In this document: one piece after another, positions 13,288-24,279 of the stretch
Numbering within the stretch: position 1 is the stretch's first letter
Layout of the letters: each line of letters opens with the position of its first letter
Assembly (NCBI GenBank): GCA_964488685.1
Contig: CAZAVY010000002.1
Coordinates: 9,716 to 73,715 of the forward strand
Length of the DNA stretch: 64,000 bases
Direction: 5' to 3'
Origin: an uncultured Gammaproteobacteria bacterium
GTDB taxonomy: Bacteria; Pseudomonadota; Gammaproteobacteria; GCA-001735895
Translations under genes and position numbers: made by a program
Notes under the pieces: model-generated
Told to the model about the DNA's origin: nothing
Seen by the model: the letters and a program-made list of their open reading frames with translations, nothing else
Databases searched by the model: none

Positions 13288-14015
13288 GCCTTAATTGCCA
13301 GGTAGGAGACGAAATTGAAACTCCTGAAGCACAGGTATACCTCGTCAAATCCAATTTTTCGGAGCCGTAGTAAGTGCTGTTGATCGCTATCAGGAATCAA
13401 CACATTTTCAAGTGCGGTGCGCTTCTGACTGATTTCGAGATCACTGTAACCCATGGATTTTTTAAATCCCTGGTACAACTGAATCATGCGCCTGTTTTCG
13501 ACGCTGTCTTCAAACACTATCTTCTCCGATAAAACCAGAATGCCGCCCGGGTTAAGTCCCTGGTAAATCTCTTTGAGCAAGCCTGTCCTATCCTCCGGGG
13601 GCAGGAATTGCAAGGCTAAATTCAATACCACCATCGAGGCATTGGTGATTTCGGTTTGTCGCAGGTCCTGGCAGCGCCAATCAATGTTTCCCTGTAATTC
13701 TGCCTGCTGCCGGCAGCTTTTAATCATCGCCACCGAATTGTCGACGGCAATTATTTCACAATCGATATCCTTGACCTGGTTGGCGATTGCCCGGGTTGCT
13801 TCTCCGAGAGAACAGCCAAGATCGTAGATACGGCTACCCGGCAGGATAAAGAGTTCGGCATACAAACCAATCATACGCAGCAGCAACCCGTAACCGGGAA
13901 CCGAGCGCGAAATCATATCCTGAAAAACATTGACGACCGATTCATTGAACTCGAAAGCCCTGACTTCGCTCAGAGGTCTGGCAAACATCCGGTCTTTACC
14001 GGAATCACGACTCAC
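13284..14015 (-). CDS. cmoA: Carboxy-S-adenosyl-L-methionine synthase CmoA
   Basis: VVNVFQDMISRSVPGY and IYDLGCSLGEAT motifs. Confidence 0.9.
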   Translation of the reverse strand: MSRDSGKDRMFARPLSEVRAFEFNESVVNVFQDMISRSVPGYGLLLRMIGLYAELFILPGSRIYDLGCSLGEATRAIANQVKDIDCEIIAVDNSVAMIKSCRQQAELQGNIDWRCQDLRQTEITNASMVVLNLALQFLPPEDRTGLLKEIYQGLNPGGILVLSEKIVFEDSVENRRMIQLYQGFKKSMGYSDLEISQKRTALENVLIPDSDQQHLLRLRKIGFDEVYLCFRSFNFVSYLAIKA

Positions 14016-15229
14016 AACAGCAACCCTTTCAGCTTGCCGTCCAGATAGACCTGCGCAATCGTTGATCGCTCCCAGGGAGGCACCCTGTGCTTCTGGAACA
14101 GCCGTTTGAGTCGATGACGATCGCTATTTTTCTGAGCATTATCACGGAACCTGAGTGTCAGTTTTTGACCCTGGTCGTCGATTCCCAAATTCCTGAATAT
14201 CTGTTGGCGTTTAACTCGAATCCCGAATTGTTTGATTTCTACCTGTTTCTTTAAAGCGAAGCCAAATTCTCCGCTACGACTTCCAGATTTATTCACGAGC
14301 AACAGGAACAGGCGCTTGTGGTAGAGCCTGATTGAGTAACCAGGCATGGTGATTTCCGGCATCGCATCGGCTTTGGCATGGAGTTGATTCAATAGTTCCT
14401 GCAAACGAGCCCGAGGTATCGCCGTCAATCCGGCCATGGCAATCCAGTAGCGCACCAGATTTTTACACCGTGCCATGGAAAGTTCGAGAAGACCATCGAG
14501 TTCGAGCGTGGCATTACCCCCTGATTCTGCCGCTTTTAATTTCGAGTAATCTATCGCAGCGATCTCATCGAGTAGTTGTTGTGTTTCGAATTGGAGCTCG
14601 CTCGCGGTTGAAAATGAGACCTGAAAATTTGGCCAACGCGACGCTATGATCGGCATTACCTCGTTACGTAAGAAATTGCGATCAAAGCGATTGCTTTGAT
14701 TGCTGGGGTCTTCGAACCAGCTCAACCCCTGCCGCTCGGCATAGGCTTCCAGTTCGCTACGACTGCAACTCAATAAAGGTCGCAGCAACAGCGCGTCACC
14801 GAGCATGCGTTTCCTGGCTATACCCCTCAGGCCCGCACTGCCAGAGCCTCTAAGGGCATTCAGCACAAAGGTTTCGGCCTGGTCGTCCGCATGGTGGGCA
14901 GTCATGACACAGTCGCCTGCATGGGCATGTTGTTCAAACAATTGATAGCGTTGCCGACGGGCTTCGGCTTCGATATTACCTTTCTGATTTGACAGTTTCA
15001 GTTGGTCGACGCGAATCCCGAGGCCATAATGATTTGCCTGTTGCATACAAAACTTCTCCATCTGGTTCGCGACATCCAGCAATCCGTGATTGAAATGCCA
15101 GAGAACTATCTCAAACTCGCAGGCTTTCGAAGTGAGCAGGTGTAACAATACCGAAGAATCGAGACCGCCGCTAAAGGCAAGGTATACCCGCCGGATATCG
15201 TCAGGGATCATCTCCAGACAGGGTTGCAT
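14012..15229 (-). CDS. tilS: tRNA(Ile)-lysidine synthetase TilS
   Basis: PP-loop SGGLDSS motif. Located downstream of accA, as in many gammaproteobacteria. Confidence 0.85.
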   Translation of the reverse strand: MQPCLEMIPDDIRRVYLAFSGGLDSSVLLHLLTSKACEFEIVLWHFNHGLLDVANQMEKFCMQQANHYGLGIRVDQLKLSNQKGNIEAEARRQRYQLFEQHAHAGDCVMTAHHADDQAETFVLNALRGSGSAGLRGIARKRMLGDALLLRPLLSCSRSELEAYAERQGLSWFEDPSNQSNRFDRNFLRNEVMPIIASRWPNFQVSFSTASELQFETQQLLDEIAAIDYSKLKAAESGGNATLELDGLLELSMARCKNLVRYWIAMAGLTAIPRARLQELLNQLHAKADAMPEITMPGYSIRLYHKRLFLLLVNKSGSRSGEFGFALKKQVEIKQFGIRVKRQQIFRNLGIDDQGQKLTLRFRDNAQKNSDRHRLKRLFQKHRVPPWERSTIAQVYLDGKLKGLLL

Positions 15230-15262
15230 GTGGCTCGCCAGGTGGTTAAGGCTGGAATCCTG

Positions 15263-16222
15263 TCAGGCTTCCCGATACTGACCAAAAGCCATTAGCTTCT
15301 GGTAGCGTTGATCGAGTAGTTTATCGATCGTGATGGAGTCGAGAACATCCAGGGTTTCAGTTAGATATTGCTTTAACGAAGCCGCAATCTGATCGTAATC
15401 TCGATGCGCTCCGCCCAGGGGTTCCTGAGTGACGTTGTCAATCAGGTTCAACGAAAAAAGACGTTTAGCGGTGATACCCATTGCTTCGGCGGCCTGGGCC
15501 GCCTTTTCTGCGCTTTTCCAGAGGATCGAAGCACAGCCTTCCGGTGATATTACCGAATAGGTCGAGTACTGCAGCATGTTGATGCGATCGCCAACGCAAA
15601 TTGCAAGCGCACCTCCGGAACCACCCTCCCCGATTACGCTACAAACTATCGGTACTTTTAACTCGGCGAGGGTAAATAAATTTCTCGCAATCGCCTCACT
15701 CTGTCCTCTCTCTTCTGCGCCGATCCCGGGGTAGGCACCCGGGGTATCTACCAGCGTCAATAATGGCATCTTGAATTTTTCAGCCAATTTCATCAGCCTC
15801 AACGCCTTACGATAACCCTCAGGTCGAGGCATGCCAAAATTACGTTTTATTTTTTCACGGGTGTCGCGCCCCTTTTGCTGTCCAATAACCATCACCGGCT
15901 TGCCTTCGATACGTCCAACACCGCCGACGATGGGATAATCGTCGCCATAAGCACGATCGCCATGCAGGTACTCGAAGCCGGTAAACATTCGCTCGATATA
16001 ATCGATCGAATAAGGGCGGTTTGGATGGCGTGACAACTGCGATATTTGCCAGGCTGAAAGCTTGCCGAAGATAGAATGAGTCAGAGACTCCGCCTTGCGC
16101 TCCAGGGTTTGAATTTCCTGACTGATGTTTATATCCGAGTCATCGGTAACATAGCGCAGTTCTGAAATCTTGGCCTGCAGTTCAGCGATCGGTTGTTCGA
16201 ATTCTAGAAAATTGGGGTCCAT
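15263..16222 (-). CDS. accA: Acetyl-CoA carboxylase carboxyltransferase alpha subunit
   Basis: Typical AccA sequence over 319 aa ([14 protein letters not shown]..., [14 protein letters not shown]). Confidence 0.95.
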   Translation of the reverse strand: MDPNFLEFEQPIAELQAKISELRYVTDDSDINISQEIQTLERKAESLTHSIFGKLSAWQISQLSRHPNRPYSIDYIERMFTGFEYLHGDRAYGDDYPIVGGVGRIEGKPVMVIGQQKGRDTREKIKRNFGMPRPEGYRKALRLMKLAEKFKMPLLTLVDTPGAYPGIGAEERGQSEAIARNLFTLAELKVPIVCSVIGEGGSGGALAICVGDRINMLQYSTYSVISPEGCASILWKSAEKAAQAAEAMGITAKRLFSLNLIDNVTQEPLGGAHRDYDQIAASLKQYLTETLDVLDSITIDKLLDQRYQKLMAFGQYREA

Positions 16223-16293
16223 CTGAATCAGCTACGGTAATGGCATCTGACACTAGTTTAGCGATTCATCAAATAACTGTCATCCATACAGTT

Positions 16294-16995
16294 TTAATTC
16301 ATTTGTGAAATTGAATCTGAAATCATGCAAAGCGCTTCAGCGGGGTTATCGTGACGGGTAACAGGCCGTCCTATAACCAGGTAACTGGCGCCGTTAGCAA
16401 TCGCTTGGCGTGGTGTTACGATGCGTTGTTGATCATTCGCCGGCGCCCATTCAGGTCGGATGCCCGGAGTTACCAGTAACGCAGAATCACCCAGGCTGGT
16501 ACGCAAAACAGCGCTTTCAAGGGCTGAACACACGACCCCGTCCAGGCCATTGGTGATAGCGTTGGCGGCGAGCTGGCCGACGAGCTGAGGCAATGGTTTA
16601 TCAATTCCGAGATCCTGCAAATCTTTTGTGCCCATGCTGGTCAATACCGTAACTGCTATCAGAAATGGACGCCGTGCAACGATTTCGATGCCCTCGCGTG
16701 CGGCCAGCATCATCGCCGTACCACCCAGGGCATGCACATTCAGCATCCATACACCGAGCTTTGCCGCAGCGCTACAGGCTTTGCTTACCGTATTCGGGAT
16801 GTCGTGAAATTTCAAATCGAGAAACACATCGTATCCGCTATCCACCAGCTCTTTGACAAGCGCCGGACCTGCGGTAGTGAACAGTTCCTTACCAACCTTC
16901 AAACGGCATTGTTCTGGTGATGTTTTGCGTGAAAATTCGATGGCCTGACGAGAATCGGAGAAGTCGAGTGCAACGATGATATTAGGATCATTCAT
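16294..16995 (-). CDS. pyrF: Orotidine-5'-phosphate decarboxylase
   Basis: IVALDF...DLKFHDIPNT catalytic motif. Confidence 0.9.
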   Translation of the reverse strand: MNDPNIIVALDFSDSRQAIEFSRKTSPEQCRLKVGKELFTTAGPALVKELVDSGYDVFLDLKFHDIPNTVSKACSAAAKLGVWMLNVHALGGTAMMLAAREGIEIVARRPFLIAVTVLTSMGTKDLQDLGIDKPLPQLVGQLAANAITNGLDGVVCSALESAVLRTSLGDSALLVTPGIRPEWAPANDQQRIVTPRQAIANGASYLVIGRPVTRHDNPAEALCMISDSISQMN

Positions 16996-18170
16996 ACCCT
17001 AACCGGTTTCATCGAGGCCCAGTTTCGACAACTTGGACACAGCCATTGTATGGCATGGCTCTCGTAGCCACAAAGTGAGCATATGTACTCGGTTTTTCTA
17101 TCCTGCAGGGTCTTCAAAAACGTCGACAAGGTACCCCAGGTTTCCCCAAGTTGATCAGGATTCGATTTTAAAAACCGTAAAGCGAATTCAAAGGCTTCAA
17201 AAGAAGGCGACTGGTTCAAGATATCCGATAAAAACTGGCGTGCTTTTTCAATTTCATTATTGCGGGCGTAGTGTTCAAGTAGCGCCATCGCAAGCCGGGG
17301 TGAAGCGTGCTGCTGATACTGGTTTTGTAAAAACTCCTGGTAAACTCGATCTTCATTATCCAGATAGATCTGGCGAGCCGGCTCTATATACAGCGCCATG
17401 TATTCAGGATTTTGACGGCTAAGTCGCAGAAATATTCGCTTGGCTGCCGAGGCATCCCCGGTTTTCAAATACAACTGTATTAATAGCAAAGCCGCACGGA
17501 CGCAATCAGCATCGACTTCGAGCGCGCGATCCAGGCTGTTACGGGCCAGGCGATTGTTACTACTTTCGATCGCGCTTGCTGCGATCTCGCACAAACATTG
17601 ACTATAGGTGACATTGGCTCCGTGCTCCCCCATTTTGTAAAGTACCTGCGCGCAATCCACTGCTTCCGGCCAGGATTTTTCAGTAATATATAAATCCAGT
17701 AAATGCTGATATGCCTGCCGCGGGTCGGCCTTGAGTTCAATCATTTCGCGATAAAGCTTTTCTGCGCGATCGAGTAACCCGGCCTTGCGATAATCACTAG
17801 CCAGTTCGGCGATCACCATGTGGCGCTGGTTACGAGTCAGGTTTGGACGTGCCAGCAGATTTTGATGAATTTTTATAGCCTTATCCACTTCCCCCTTCGA
17901 GCGGAACAGATTACCAAGGGAAATGTGGACTTCAATCGTATCCTTGTCGACTTCGATCAATTCGCTAAAGATTTTGATCGCATTATCAGAATCGTCAGCC
18001 AGCAGATAATTGAGTCCCCTGGCATATTTTTCGGAGAAAAAATCAAATAGTTGATTGCTGTTGCTTTTTTTAAACGACTGCCAGCGGCCGAGTACCCAGC
18101 CGATTAGAATTGATAGCAATATTAAAAGGAATAACCAGATGTCCATAGCATGTTGCCCGGTTCGGACCAA
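16992..18170 (-). CDS. lapB: Lipopolysaccharide assembly protein LapB (YciM)
   Basis: N-terminal TM helix, TPR repeats and a C-terminal rubredoxin-like CSLCGY...CPSC zinc finger. lapB-pyrF order. Confidence 0.85.
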   Translation of the reverse strand: MVRTGQHAMDIWLFLLILLSILIGWVLGRWQSFKKSNSNQLFDFFSEKYARGLNYLLADDSDNAIKIFSELIEVDKDTIEVHISLGNLFRSKGEVDKAIKIHQNLLARPNLTRNQRHMVIAELASDYRKAGLLDRAEKLYREMIELKADPRQAYQHLLDLYITEKSWPEAVDCAQVLYKMGEHGANVTYSQCLCEIAASAIESSNNRLARNSLDRALEVDADCVRAALLLIQLYLKTGDASAAKRIFLRLSRQNPEYMALYIEPARQIYLDNEDRVYQEFLQNQYQQHASPRLAMALLEHYARNNEIEKARQFLSDILNQSPSFEAFEFALRFLKSNPDQLGETWGTLSTFLKTLQDRKTEYICSLCGYESHAIQWLCPSCRNWASMKPVRV

Positions 18171-18185
18171 CGGTGGAATACGAGC

Positions 18186-18470
18186 CTATTTCTGGTTATT
18201 GGCGCGATCACGCAATTCCTTGCCCGGTTTGAAATGCGGCACGTACTTACCGGGTAGATCGACCTTGTCACCGGATTTGGGGTTGCGACCCGTTCTCGGT
18301 GGCCGGTAATGCAGGCTAAAACTGCCGAAGCCCCTGATTTCAATCCGCTCACCGTTAGACAAAGCGCTGCTCATCATTTCGATCAGACTTTTTACCGCTA
18401 ACTCGACATCTTTATAGGCCAGATGGCCCTGATTTCTCGATAAGTTATCGATTAGGTCCGATTTGGTCAT
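18186..18470 (-). CDS. ihfB: Integration host factor beta subunit
   Basis: [10 protein letters not shown]...[21 protein letters not shown]. The start is taken at MTKSDL. The track ORF runs to 18497. Confidence 0.9.
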   Translation of the reverse strand: MTKSDLIDNLSRNQGHLAYKDVELAVKSLIEMMSSALSNGERIEIRGFGSFSLHYRPPRTGRNPKSGDKVDLPGKYVPHFKPGKELRDRANNQK

Positions 18471-18554
18471 CGAGGGTACAAATTCTGCTTCTTTCATTAT
18501 ATGGTCCGATAATCAAGTTGGGTGACGAGTCTATACTCGCCACCCGATTGTAAA

Positions 18555-20228
18555 TCAGGAATCCATTTTTTCCTTGAGCAAATCCCCAAAACTGGTGGTC
18601 GCCCCCCTGCTTTCACCACTGACGGCATAGTCCTTCAGCGCTTCCTGCTCTTCATCACTGTCCTTGGCCTTGATCGACAGATAAATACTACGCCCCTTAC
18701 GATCCATTCCGGTAATCTTGGCTTCGATCTCTTCGCCTTCATTGGTAAATTCACGGGCGTCTTCAATTCGATCCTTTGCCATTTCAGAGGCTCGTAACAG
18801 ACCTTCAATGCCATCCCCAAGGTCTACCACCGCCGCTTTTGCGTCTACCGATACTACGATTCCGGTTACTATACTACCTTTCGGCTTGTCCGCGATAAAA
18901 CTTGCAAACGGATCTTTTTCGATTTGCTTGATGCCCAGCGAAATACGCTCACGCTCAGGATCAATCGACAATACCATGGCTTCGACTTCCTGTCCCTTCT
19001 GGTACTCGCGTACCGCTTCTTCGCCCGGCTTGTTCCACGACAGATCGGTGAGATGAATCAGGCCGTCGATATTACCTTCTAATCCGATAAAAATACCAAA
19101 ATCAGTTATCGACTTGATCTTTCCAAAGATGACGTCGCCCTTGTTAGCGGTGGTACCAAACTCTTCCCACGGGTTTGCCTTACATTGCTTCATTCCCAAT
19201 GAGATACGGCGACGTTCTTCGTCAATTTCGAGAATAACGACTTCGACTTCGTCACCGAGGGTTACCACCTTGTTGGGGTTGACGTTCTTATTGGTCCAAT
19301 CCATCTCTGAAACGTGAACCAGACCTTCGACACCGTCTTCAATTTCAACGAAACAACCGTAATCGGTGATATTGCTGACTTGTCCGAACAGACGTTGTCC
19401 TTCTGGGTAACGACGCATGATATTTTCCCAGGGATCGTCACCCATTTGCTTCAGGCCGAGCGATACGCGATTCTTTTCGCGATCGAACTTGAGTACCACA
19501 ATATCGATCTCCTGGCCAATTTCTACCACTTCGGATGGATGCTTGACGCGCTTCCAGGCCATATCAGTGATGTGCAGCAGACCGTCGATACCACCGAGAT
19601 CGAGGAAAGCACCGTAATCGGTAAGATTTTTGACAATACCGCGTACCTGCTCGCCATCTTTCAGCGTCTCGAGTAACTTTTCTCGCTCCTCGCTAAATTC
19701 TTTTTCAACCACTGCACGCCGGGATACGACGACGTTGTTGCGTTTCTGGTCGAGCTTGATGATCTTGAATTCGAGTTCTTTCTCTTCGAGGTAGGCGGTA
19801 TCACGAACCGGACGCACATCAACCAGTGAACCCGGCAGGAAGGCGCGAATTTCGCCGATATCAACGGTAAAGCCCCCCTTGACCTTACCGGTGAAACGTC
19901 CGGTTACAATTTCGTCTGCCTGCTGCGCCTGCTCGAGGCGTGTCCAGGCACGTGCACGCTTGGCTTTTTCACGAGACAGGCGCGATTCGCCGTATCCGTC
20001 TTCGAAGGAATCCAGCGCCACTTCGACGGTATCGCCGATATTGACGTCGAGTTCACCGTTTTCATCATAAAATTGCTCAACCGGGATAACACCCTCGGAC
20101 TTGAGACCCGCGTTGACGATGACAACATCGCGGTTGATATCGACAACTTCGCCGGTGATAATTTCACCGACGCGCATGTTCATATGGATAATGCTTTGCT
20201 CAAACATTTCTGCAAAGTTTTCAGACAT
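18555..20228 (-). CDS. rpsA: 30S ribosomal protein S1
   Basis: Six S1 repeats over 557 aa. cmk-rpsA-ihfB order. Confidence 0.95.
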   Translation of the reverse strand: MSENFAEMFEQSIIHMNMRVGEIITGEVVDINRDVVIVNAGLKSEGVIPVEQFYDENGELDVNIGDTVEVALDSFEDGYGESRLSREKAKRARAWTRLEQAQQADEIVTGRFTGKVKGGFTVDIGEIRAFLPGSLVDVRPVRDTAYLEEKELEFKIIKLDQKRNNVVVSRRAVVEKEFSEEREKLLETLKDGEQVRGIVKNLTDYGAFLDLGGIDGLLHITDMAWKRVKHPSEVVEIGQEIDIVVLKFDREKNRVSLGLKQMGDDPWENIMRRYPEGQRLFGQVSNITDYGCFVEIEDGVEGLVHVSEMDWTNKNVNPNKVVTLGDEVEVVILEIDEERRRISLGMKQCKANPWEEFGTTANKGDVIFGKIKSITDFGIFIGLEGNIDGLIHLTDLSWNKPGEEAVREYQKGQEVEAMVLSIDPERERISLGIKQIEKDPFASFIADKPKGSIVTGIVVSVDAKAAVVDLGDGIEGLLRASEMAKDRIEDAREFTNEGEEIEAKITGMDRKGRSIYLSIKAKDSDEEQEALKDYAVSGESRGATTSFGDLLKEKMDS

Positions 20229-20339
20229 GAAAGAATCCTAAAATAGAGTATTTCGACAGCTAGCTATAATGCACCTGGCTATCTCGTTAAGTTAAAAATC
20301 CCGGAAGACAGTGCGTCTGCAGGGGCTTGGGTAGATCGT

Positions 20340-21005
20340 TTACGCGGTTTCCCGGATGTGGCTTAGAACAAGATTTGTTACCTGCTCCAGGTCGAGTAAA
20401 CTCGAATCTACAATCAATGCATCTTCTGCGGGCTTTAATGGCGAGATGCTGCGATTCCGATCACGCTCGTCACGTTCGGCCAGTTCCGCTTGAAGGTGGG
20501 GGATATTAGCCGATAACCCCATATCTATCAACTGCTTATATCGTCTTTTAGCACGAATTTCGACACTTGCGTATAAATAAAACTTAAACAGCGCCTCGGG
20601 AAACACCACAGTCCCCATATCGCGTCCGTCAGCAACCAGTCCCGGGGGTTTGAGAAAGCCCCGTTGAAAGTCCAGCAAGCGCCGTCGGACCACTGCATGC
20701 TGCGCAACTCTGGAAGCCGCTTCAGCGGTAGTCTCGCTGCGAATCTCAGCTGATACATCCTGATCATCGAGCAACGGAATCGATAGTTCATCACCCGTTT
20801 CAAAGCGGATATTAAATTTATCCAGGACGGCCAACACTTCGTCTTCGCGTTCCAGGTCGACGCCGGATTGCATCGCTTTCAGTGCCAGCAAGCGATATAT
20901 AGCACCGCTGTCGAGCAAATGCAGGTTCAATTCATGTGCAATATTGAGCGCCAGCGAACCTTTCCCCGATCCACTGGGACCATCGATAGCAACGACATAG
21001 GTCAT
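20340..21005 (-). CDS. cmk: Cytidylate kinase
   Basis: VVAIDGPSGSGKGS P-loop motif. Confidence 0.9.
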   Translation of the reverse strand: MTYVVAIDGPSGSGKGSLALNIAHELNLHLLDSGAIYRLLALKAMQSGVDLEREDEVLAVLDKFNIRFETGDELSIPLLDDQDVSAEIRSETTAEAASRVAQHAVVRRRLLDFQRGFLKPPGLVADGRDMGTVVFPEALFKFYLYASVEIRAKRRYKQLIDMGLSANIPHLQAELAERDERDRNRSISPLKPAEDALIVDSSLLDLEQVTNLVLSHIRETA

Positions 21006-22310
21006 TTATCTTTCATCGACGGAAATCATGATCCCGGCCCGGCAGGCAAGATCGACAAAACCCGGAAACGAGGTATCTACATTGGCACAATCATTGACGC
21101 GAATCTCATCTGACGCGCGTACCGAGGCAACAGCAAACGCCATTGCAATGCGATGATCGCCATGGGATTCAACCTCGCCACCCGATAAAGCCCCACCTCG
21201 TATTACGATACCGTCTGCTTGAGATTGTGCATCAATCCCAAGCACAGCGAGTCCATCGGCCATAACCTGTAACCGGTCGCTTTCTTTGAAGCGAAGTTCC
21301 GCCGCTGCGCTTAAACGGGTGACTCCATCGGCACAGGCAGCCGCTACAAACAGCACCGGAAACTCGTCGATTGCCAGTGACACCATATCCGGCGGGATTT
21401 CAATGCCGGTTAACTTTGCACTTCGCACCCTGATATCGGCTACCGGCTCACCACCGATATCGGGTTGCCGTTCGAGCTCGATATCGGCACCCATCATTTT
21501 AAGAATATCGATTACACCGGTACGCGTCGGATTGACGCCAACATACCGCAGGCAAATATCGCTATCCTCAGCAATCGATGCCGCCACCATGAAAAACGCA
21601 GCCGAAGATAGGTCGGCTGGAATTTCAACATCGCAAGCCTGTAGTGCCTGATTTCCTGACAGGTGAATGTCCGCACCATTGCTGGTGACCTCGACACCGA
21701 ATCGTCTCAACATGCGTTCGCTGTGATCACGGGTCGGCGTTGGCTCATGCACGATGGTTTCACCGCTAGCATAAAGCCCGGCAAGCAACAGGCAGGATTT
21801 GACCTGGGCAGAAGCGACCGGCATTCGGTACTCGATTGGCTTCAACCCGCTGTTTGCACGGATATGTAACGGTGCCCGCCCACCGGAACGACTGTCGATG
21901 GCTGCGCCCATCGCTTGCAAGGGTTCGATTACACGTTGCATCGGTCTTGAAGACAGCGAGCTATCCCCGATCAGCCTGGTTTCGAAAGACTGCCCCGCGA
22001 GCAAACCCAGTAGCAACCGCATCGCGGTCCCGGAATTTCCCATATCGAGATCGCCGGTCGGGCGAGCGAGGCCATGCAAACCTACCCCATGCACCTTTAC
22101 CCTGTCCTGATCACGTTCGATCGAGACCCCCATTTGCTGAAACGCTCTAATCGTATTAAGACTGTCTTCACCCAGTAGAAAACCAGAGATTTTACTGCTA
22201 CCTTCGGCTATAGAAGACAGGATAATCGATCGATGTGAAATTGATTTGTCGCCGGGTACCCGAATGCTCCCGGTGATCTTAGCCCCTTGTTTGCAAGCGA
22301 ACTGGATCAT
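21006..22310 (-). CDS. aroA: 3-phosphoshikimate 1-carboxyvinyltransferase (EPSP synthase)
   Basis: VPGDKSISHRS motif over 434 aa. Confidence 0.95.
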   Translation of the reverse strand: MIQFACKQGAKITGSIRVPGDKSISHRSIILSSIAEGSSKISGFLLGEDSLNTIRAFQQMGVSIERDQDRVKVHGVGLHGLARPTGDLDMGNSGTAMRLLLGLLAGQSFETRLIGDSSLSSRPMQRVIEPLQAMGAAIDSRSGGRAPLHIRANSGLKPIEYRMPVASAQVKSCLLLAGLYASGETIVHEPTPTRDHSERMLRRFGVEVTSNGADIHLSGNQALQACDVEIPADLSSAAFFMVAASIAEDSDICLRYVGVNPTRTGVIDILKMMGADIELERQPDIGGEPVADIRVRSAKLTGIEIPPDMVSLAIDEFPVLFVAAACADGVTRLSAAAELRFKESDRLQVMADGLAVLGIDAQSQADGIVIRGGALSGGEVESHGDHRIAMAFAVASVRASDEIRVNDCANVDTSFPGFVDLACRAGIMISVDER

Positions 22311-23173
22311 CAGCGATCCCCTGTCAGTGAATCGCGTTCAGACTTGGCCCTGCTGAAAAGCTTGAGTAGTTCTTTGGCATTGCCACTACCAATTGCGCTC
22401 GATACACGCTCGAGTTCCTCTTGATATTGCTGAATCAGATCTACCAGCGCCTCGCTATTTGAAATACAGACATCCCGCCACATGACCGGATCGCCGGAAG
22501 CAATTCGCGTGAAATCCTGAAATCCACCAGCGGCATAACGAAAGATCTCATCCTGTTCGTTCAGATTGGACAGATAATGAACCAATGCAAAGGCAAGCAT
22601 ATGGGGTAAATGCGATGTCGCCGCGAGCACCTTGTCGTGATGCTCGACATCGAGATACTCGATAGTCGCGCCGCAATGACGCCACATCTGGTCGACAATC
22701 GCAGTCGCGCCGGGCTCCGTAATTTCGATGGGTGTCAGGATAACCCGCCGATTCTGGAAAAGGCTTGCAAAACCCGCTTCGACACCGCTTTTCTCGGTAC
22801 CCGCGATCGGGTGCCCGGGCACAAAACGAGCGATAAAATCACCTAATTCGGCGCTTGCGGCAGTAACCACTGAACCTTTGGCGCTACCGACATCGGTGAT
22901 AACCGCTGTCGGCTTAATGCAGGATTTTATATCGGAAAACACTGACTGCATCGCGCCCAGCGGAACCGCTACCACGATAACATCTGCCTCCTTTACACAG
23001 GCTCCGATCGACTCCGCAAAATCATCAAGGACACCGAGTTCAACACCTTTTACGAGATTTTCCTGATTGCGGCCATAGCCAACCACCTGCCCCACCACGC
23101 CGACCTGTTTTAACGCCAACGACAGCGAACTGCCAATCAGTCCAACTCCGATTATGGCGAGTTTATCGATCAC
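22310..23173 (-). CDS. tyrA: Prephenate/arogenate dehydrogenase
   Basis: Rossmann IIGVGLIGSS motif. Sits in the aromatic amino-acid cluster between aroA and hisC. Confidence 0.85.
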   Translation of the reverse strand: MIDKLAIIGVGLIGSSLSLALKQVGVVGQVVGYGRNQENLVKGVELGVLDDFAESIGACVKEADVIVVAVPLGAMQSVFSDIKSCIKPTAVITDVGSAKGSVVTAASAELGDFIARFVPGHPIAGTEKSGVEAGFASLFQNRRVILTPIEITEPGATAIVDQMWRHCGATIEYLDVEHHDKVLAATSHLPHMLAFALVHYLSNLNEQDEIFRYAAGGFQDFTRIASGDPVMWRDVCISNSEALVDLIQQYQEELERVSSAIGSGNAKELLKLFSRAKSERDSLTGDR

Positions 23174-24279
23174 AGGATGTCCTCCAGAACGGCAAACATT
23201 TGTTCCAGTTGCGATCTGCTGCCAACACTGATGCGCAGGAACTCCGGCATATCATAATTTGCCAATGGCCGCACGATAACTCCCCTTTGCAGTAACTCCT
23301 GATAGATCCCGGCACTGTTCTGCCCGAAACGCAGGCTTAAAAAATTACCCAGCGACGGGATATAGTCGATACCCCGATTAGCAAACCAGTCCTGCATCAG
23401 TACTAGACCTTGTTGATTGGAAATTCGACTCCGCTCCACAAAAGCGTCATCGTCCAGTGCGGCATGAGCTGCAGCCAGTGCCAGCGAGTTACCGTTAAAC
23501 GGTTGCCTGACCCGATTAAACAAATCACAAAGTTCAGGGCTTGAAACCGCGTAACCCATGCGTAGCCCGGCAATGCCATATATTTTGGAAAATGTCCGGG
23601 TTACGATCAGGTTCGGGAACTTATCCAGCCATTGCAGCGAATTCGGATATTGCGCCAGATCGACATACTCGAAATAAGCTTCATCAACGACGACGGCGAT
23701 ATGCCCGGGCACCTGTTCGATAAACGCCATGAGCGCATCGCTCAATACCCAGGTGCCTGTCGGGTTGTTTGGATTGGCGATGAAAATTACCCGTGTATCG
23801 GATTCGATCAAGGCACGCATCGCATCCAGATCGTGACCAAAGGGCTGGTCGTCATCCAGACCCAATGCCGGTGCAACCATTGCCCGGGCGCCACAGGCCT
23901 GGGTAACCATCGCATAAACCATGAAGGCGTACTGAGAATAGATCGCAGCAACCCGGCCATCGAGAAAACACCGCGCCACCAGGTCGAGAACATCGTTGGA
24001 TCCATTGCCTATCGTCAGCTGGTTTTCTTCAACCCCGAGTTTTCGCGCTAGCCGTTGCTTGAGATAATAGGCATTTGCATCCGGGTAAAGCTCAACCTGT
24101 TGACTGGCCCGGGCCAACACCTCAGCCACCCGGGGTGAGTGCCCGAGCGGGTTTTCGTTGGAGGCAAGTTTGATGGCATTGCTGATGCCCAGCTCACGTT
24201 CGAGTTCTTCCACGGGTTTACCCGGAGAATATGGCTGCAAATGCCTGATTTGCACCAAAGCGGAATCGATAACAGACAT
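23170..24279 (-). CDS. hisC: Histidinol-phosphate aminotransferase
   Basis: KLASNENPLG motif and a class-II aminotransferase fold. pheA-hisC-tyrA order. Confidence 0.9.
   Translation of the reverse strand: MSVIDSALVQIRHLQPYSPGKPVEELERELGISNAIKLASNENPLGHSPRVAEVLARASQQVELYPDANAYYLKQRLARKLGVEENQLTIGNGSNDVLDLVARCFLDGRVAAIYSQYAFMVYAMVTQACGARAMVAPALGLDDDQPFGHDLDAMRALIESDTRVIFIANPNNPTGTWVLSDALMAFIEQVPGHIAVVVDEAYFEYVDLAQYPNSLQWLDKFPNLIVTRTFSKIYGIAGLRMGYAVSSPELCDLFNRVRQPFNGNSLALAAAHAALDDDAFVERSRISNQQGLVLMQDWFANRGIDYIPSLGNFLSLRFGQNSAGIYQELLQRGVIVRPLANYDMPEFLRISVGSRSQLEQMFAVLEDIL

Noticed and set aside
18171-18185. Expected lapA (yciS) between ihfB and lapB.
   Set aside because: There is no room for a gene. 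Only 15 bp separate the two genes. LapB here carries its own N-terminal TM helix. Absence recorded, no feature.
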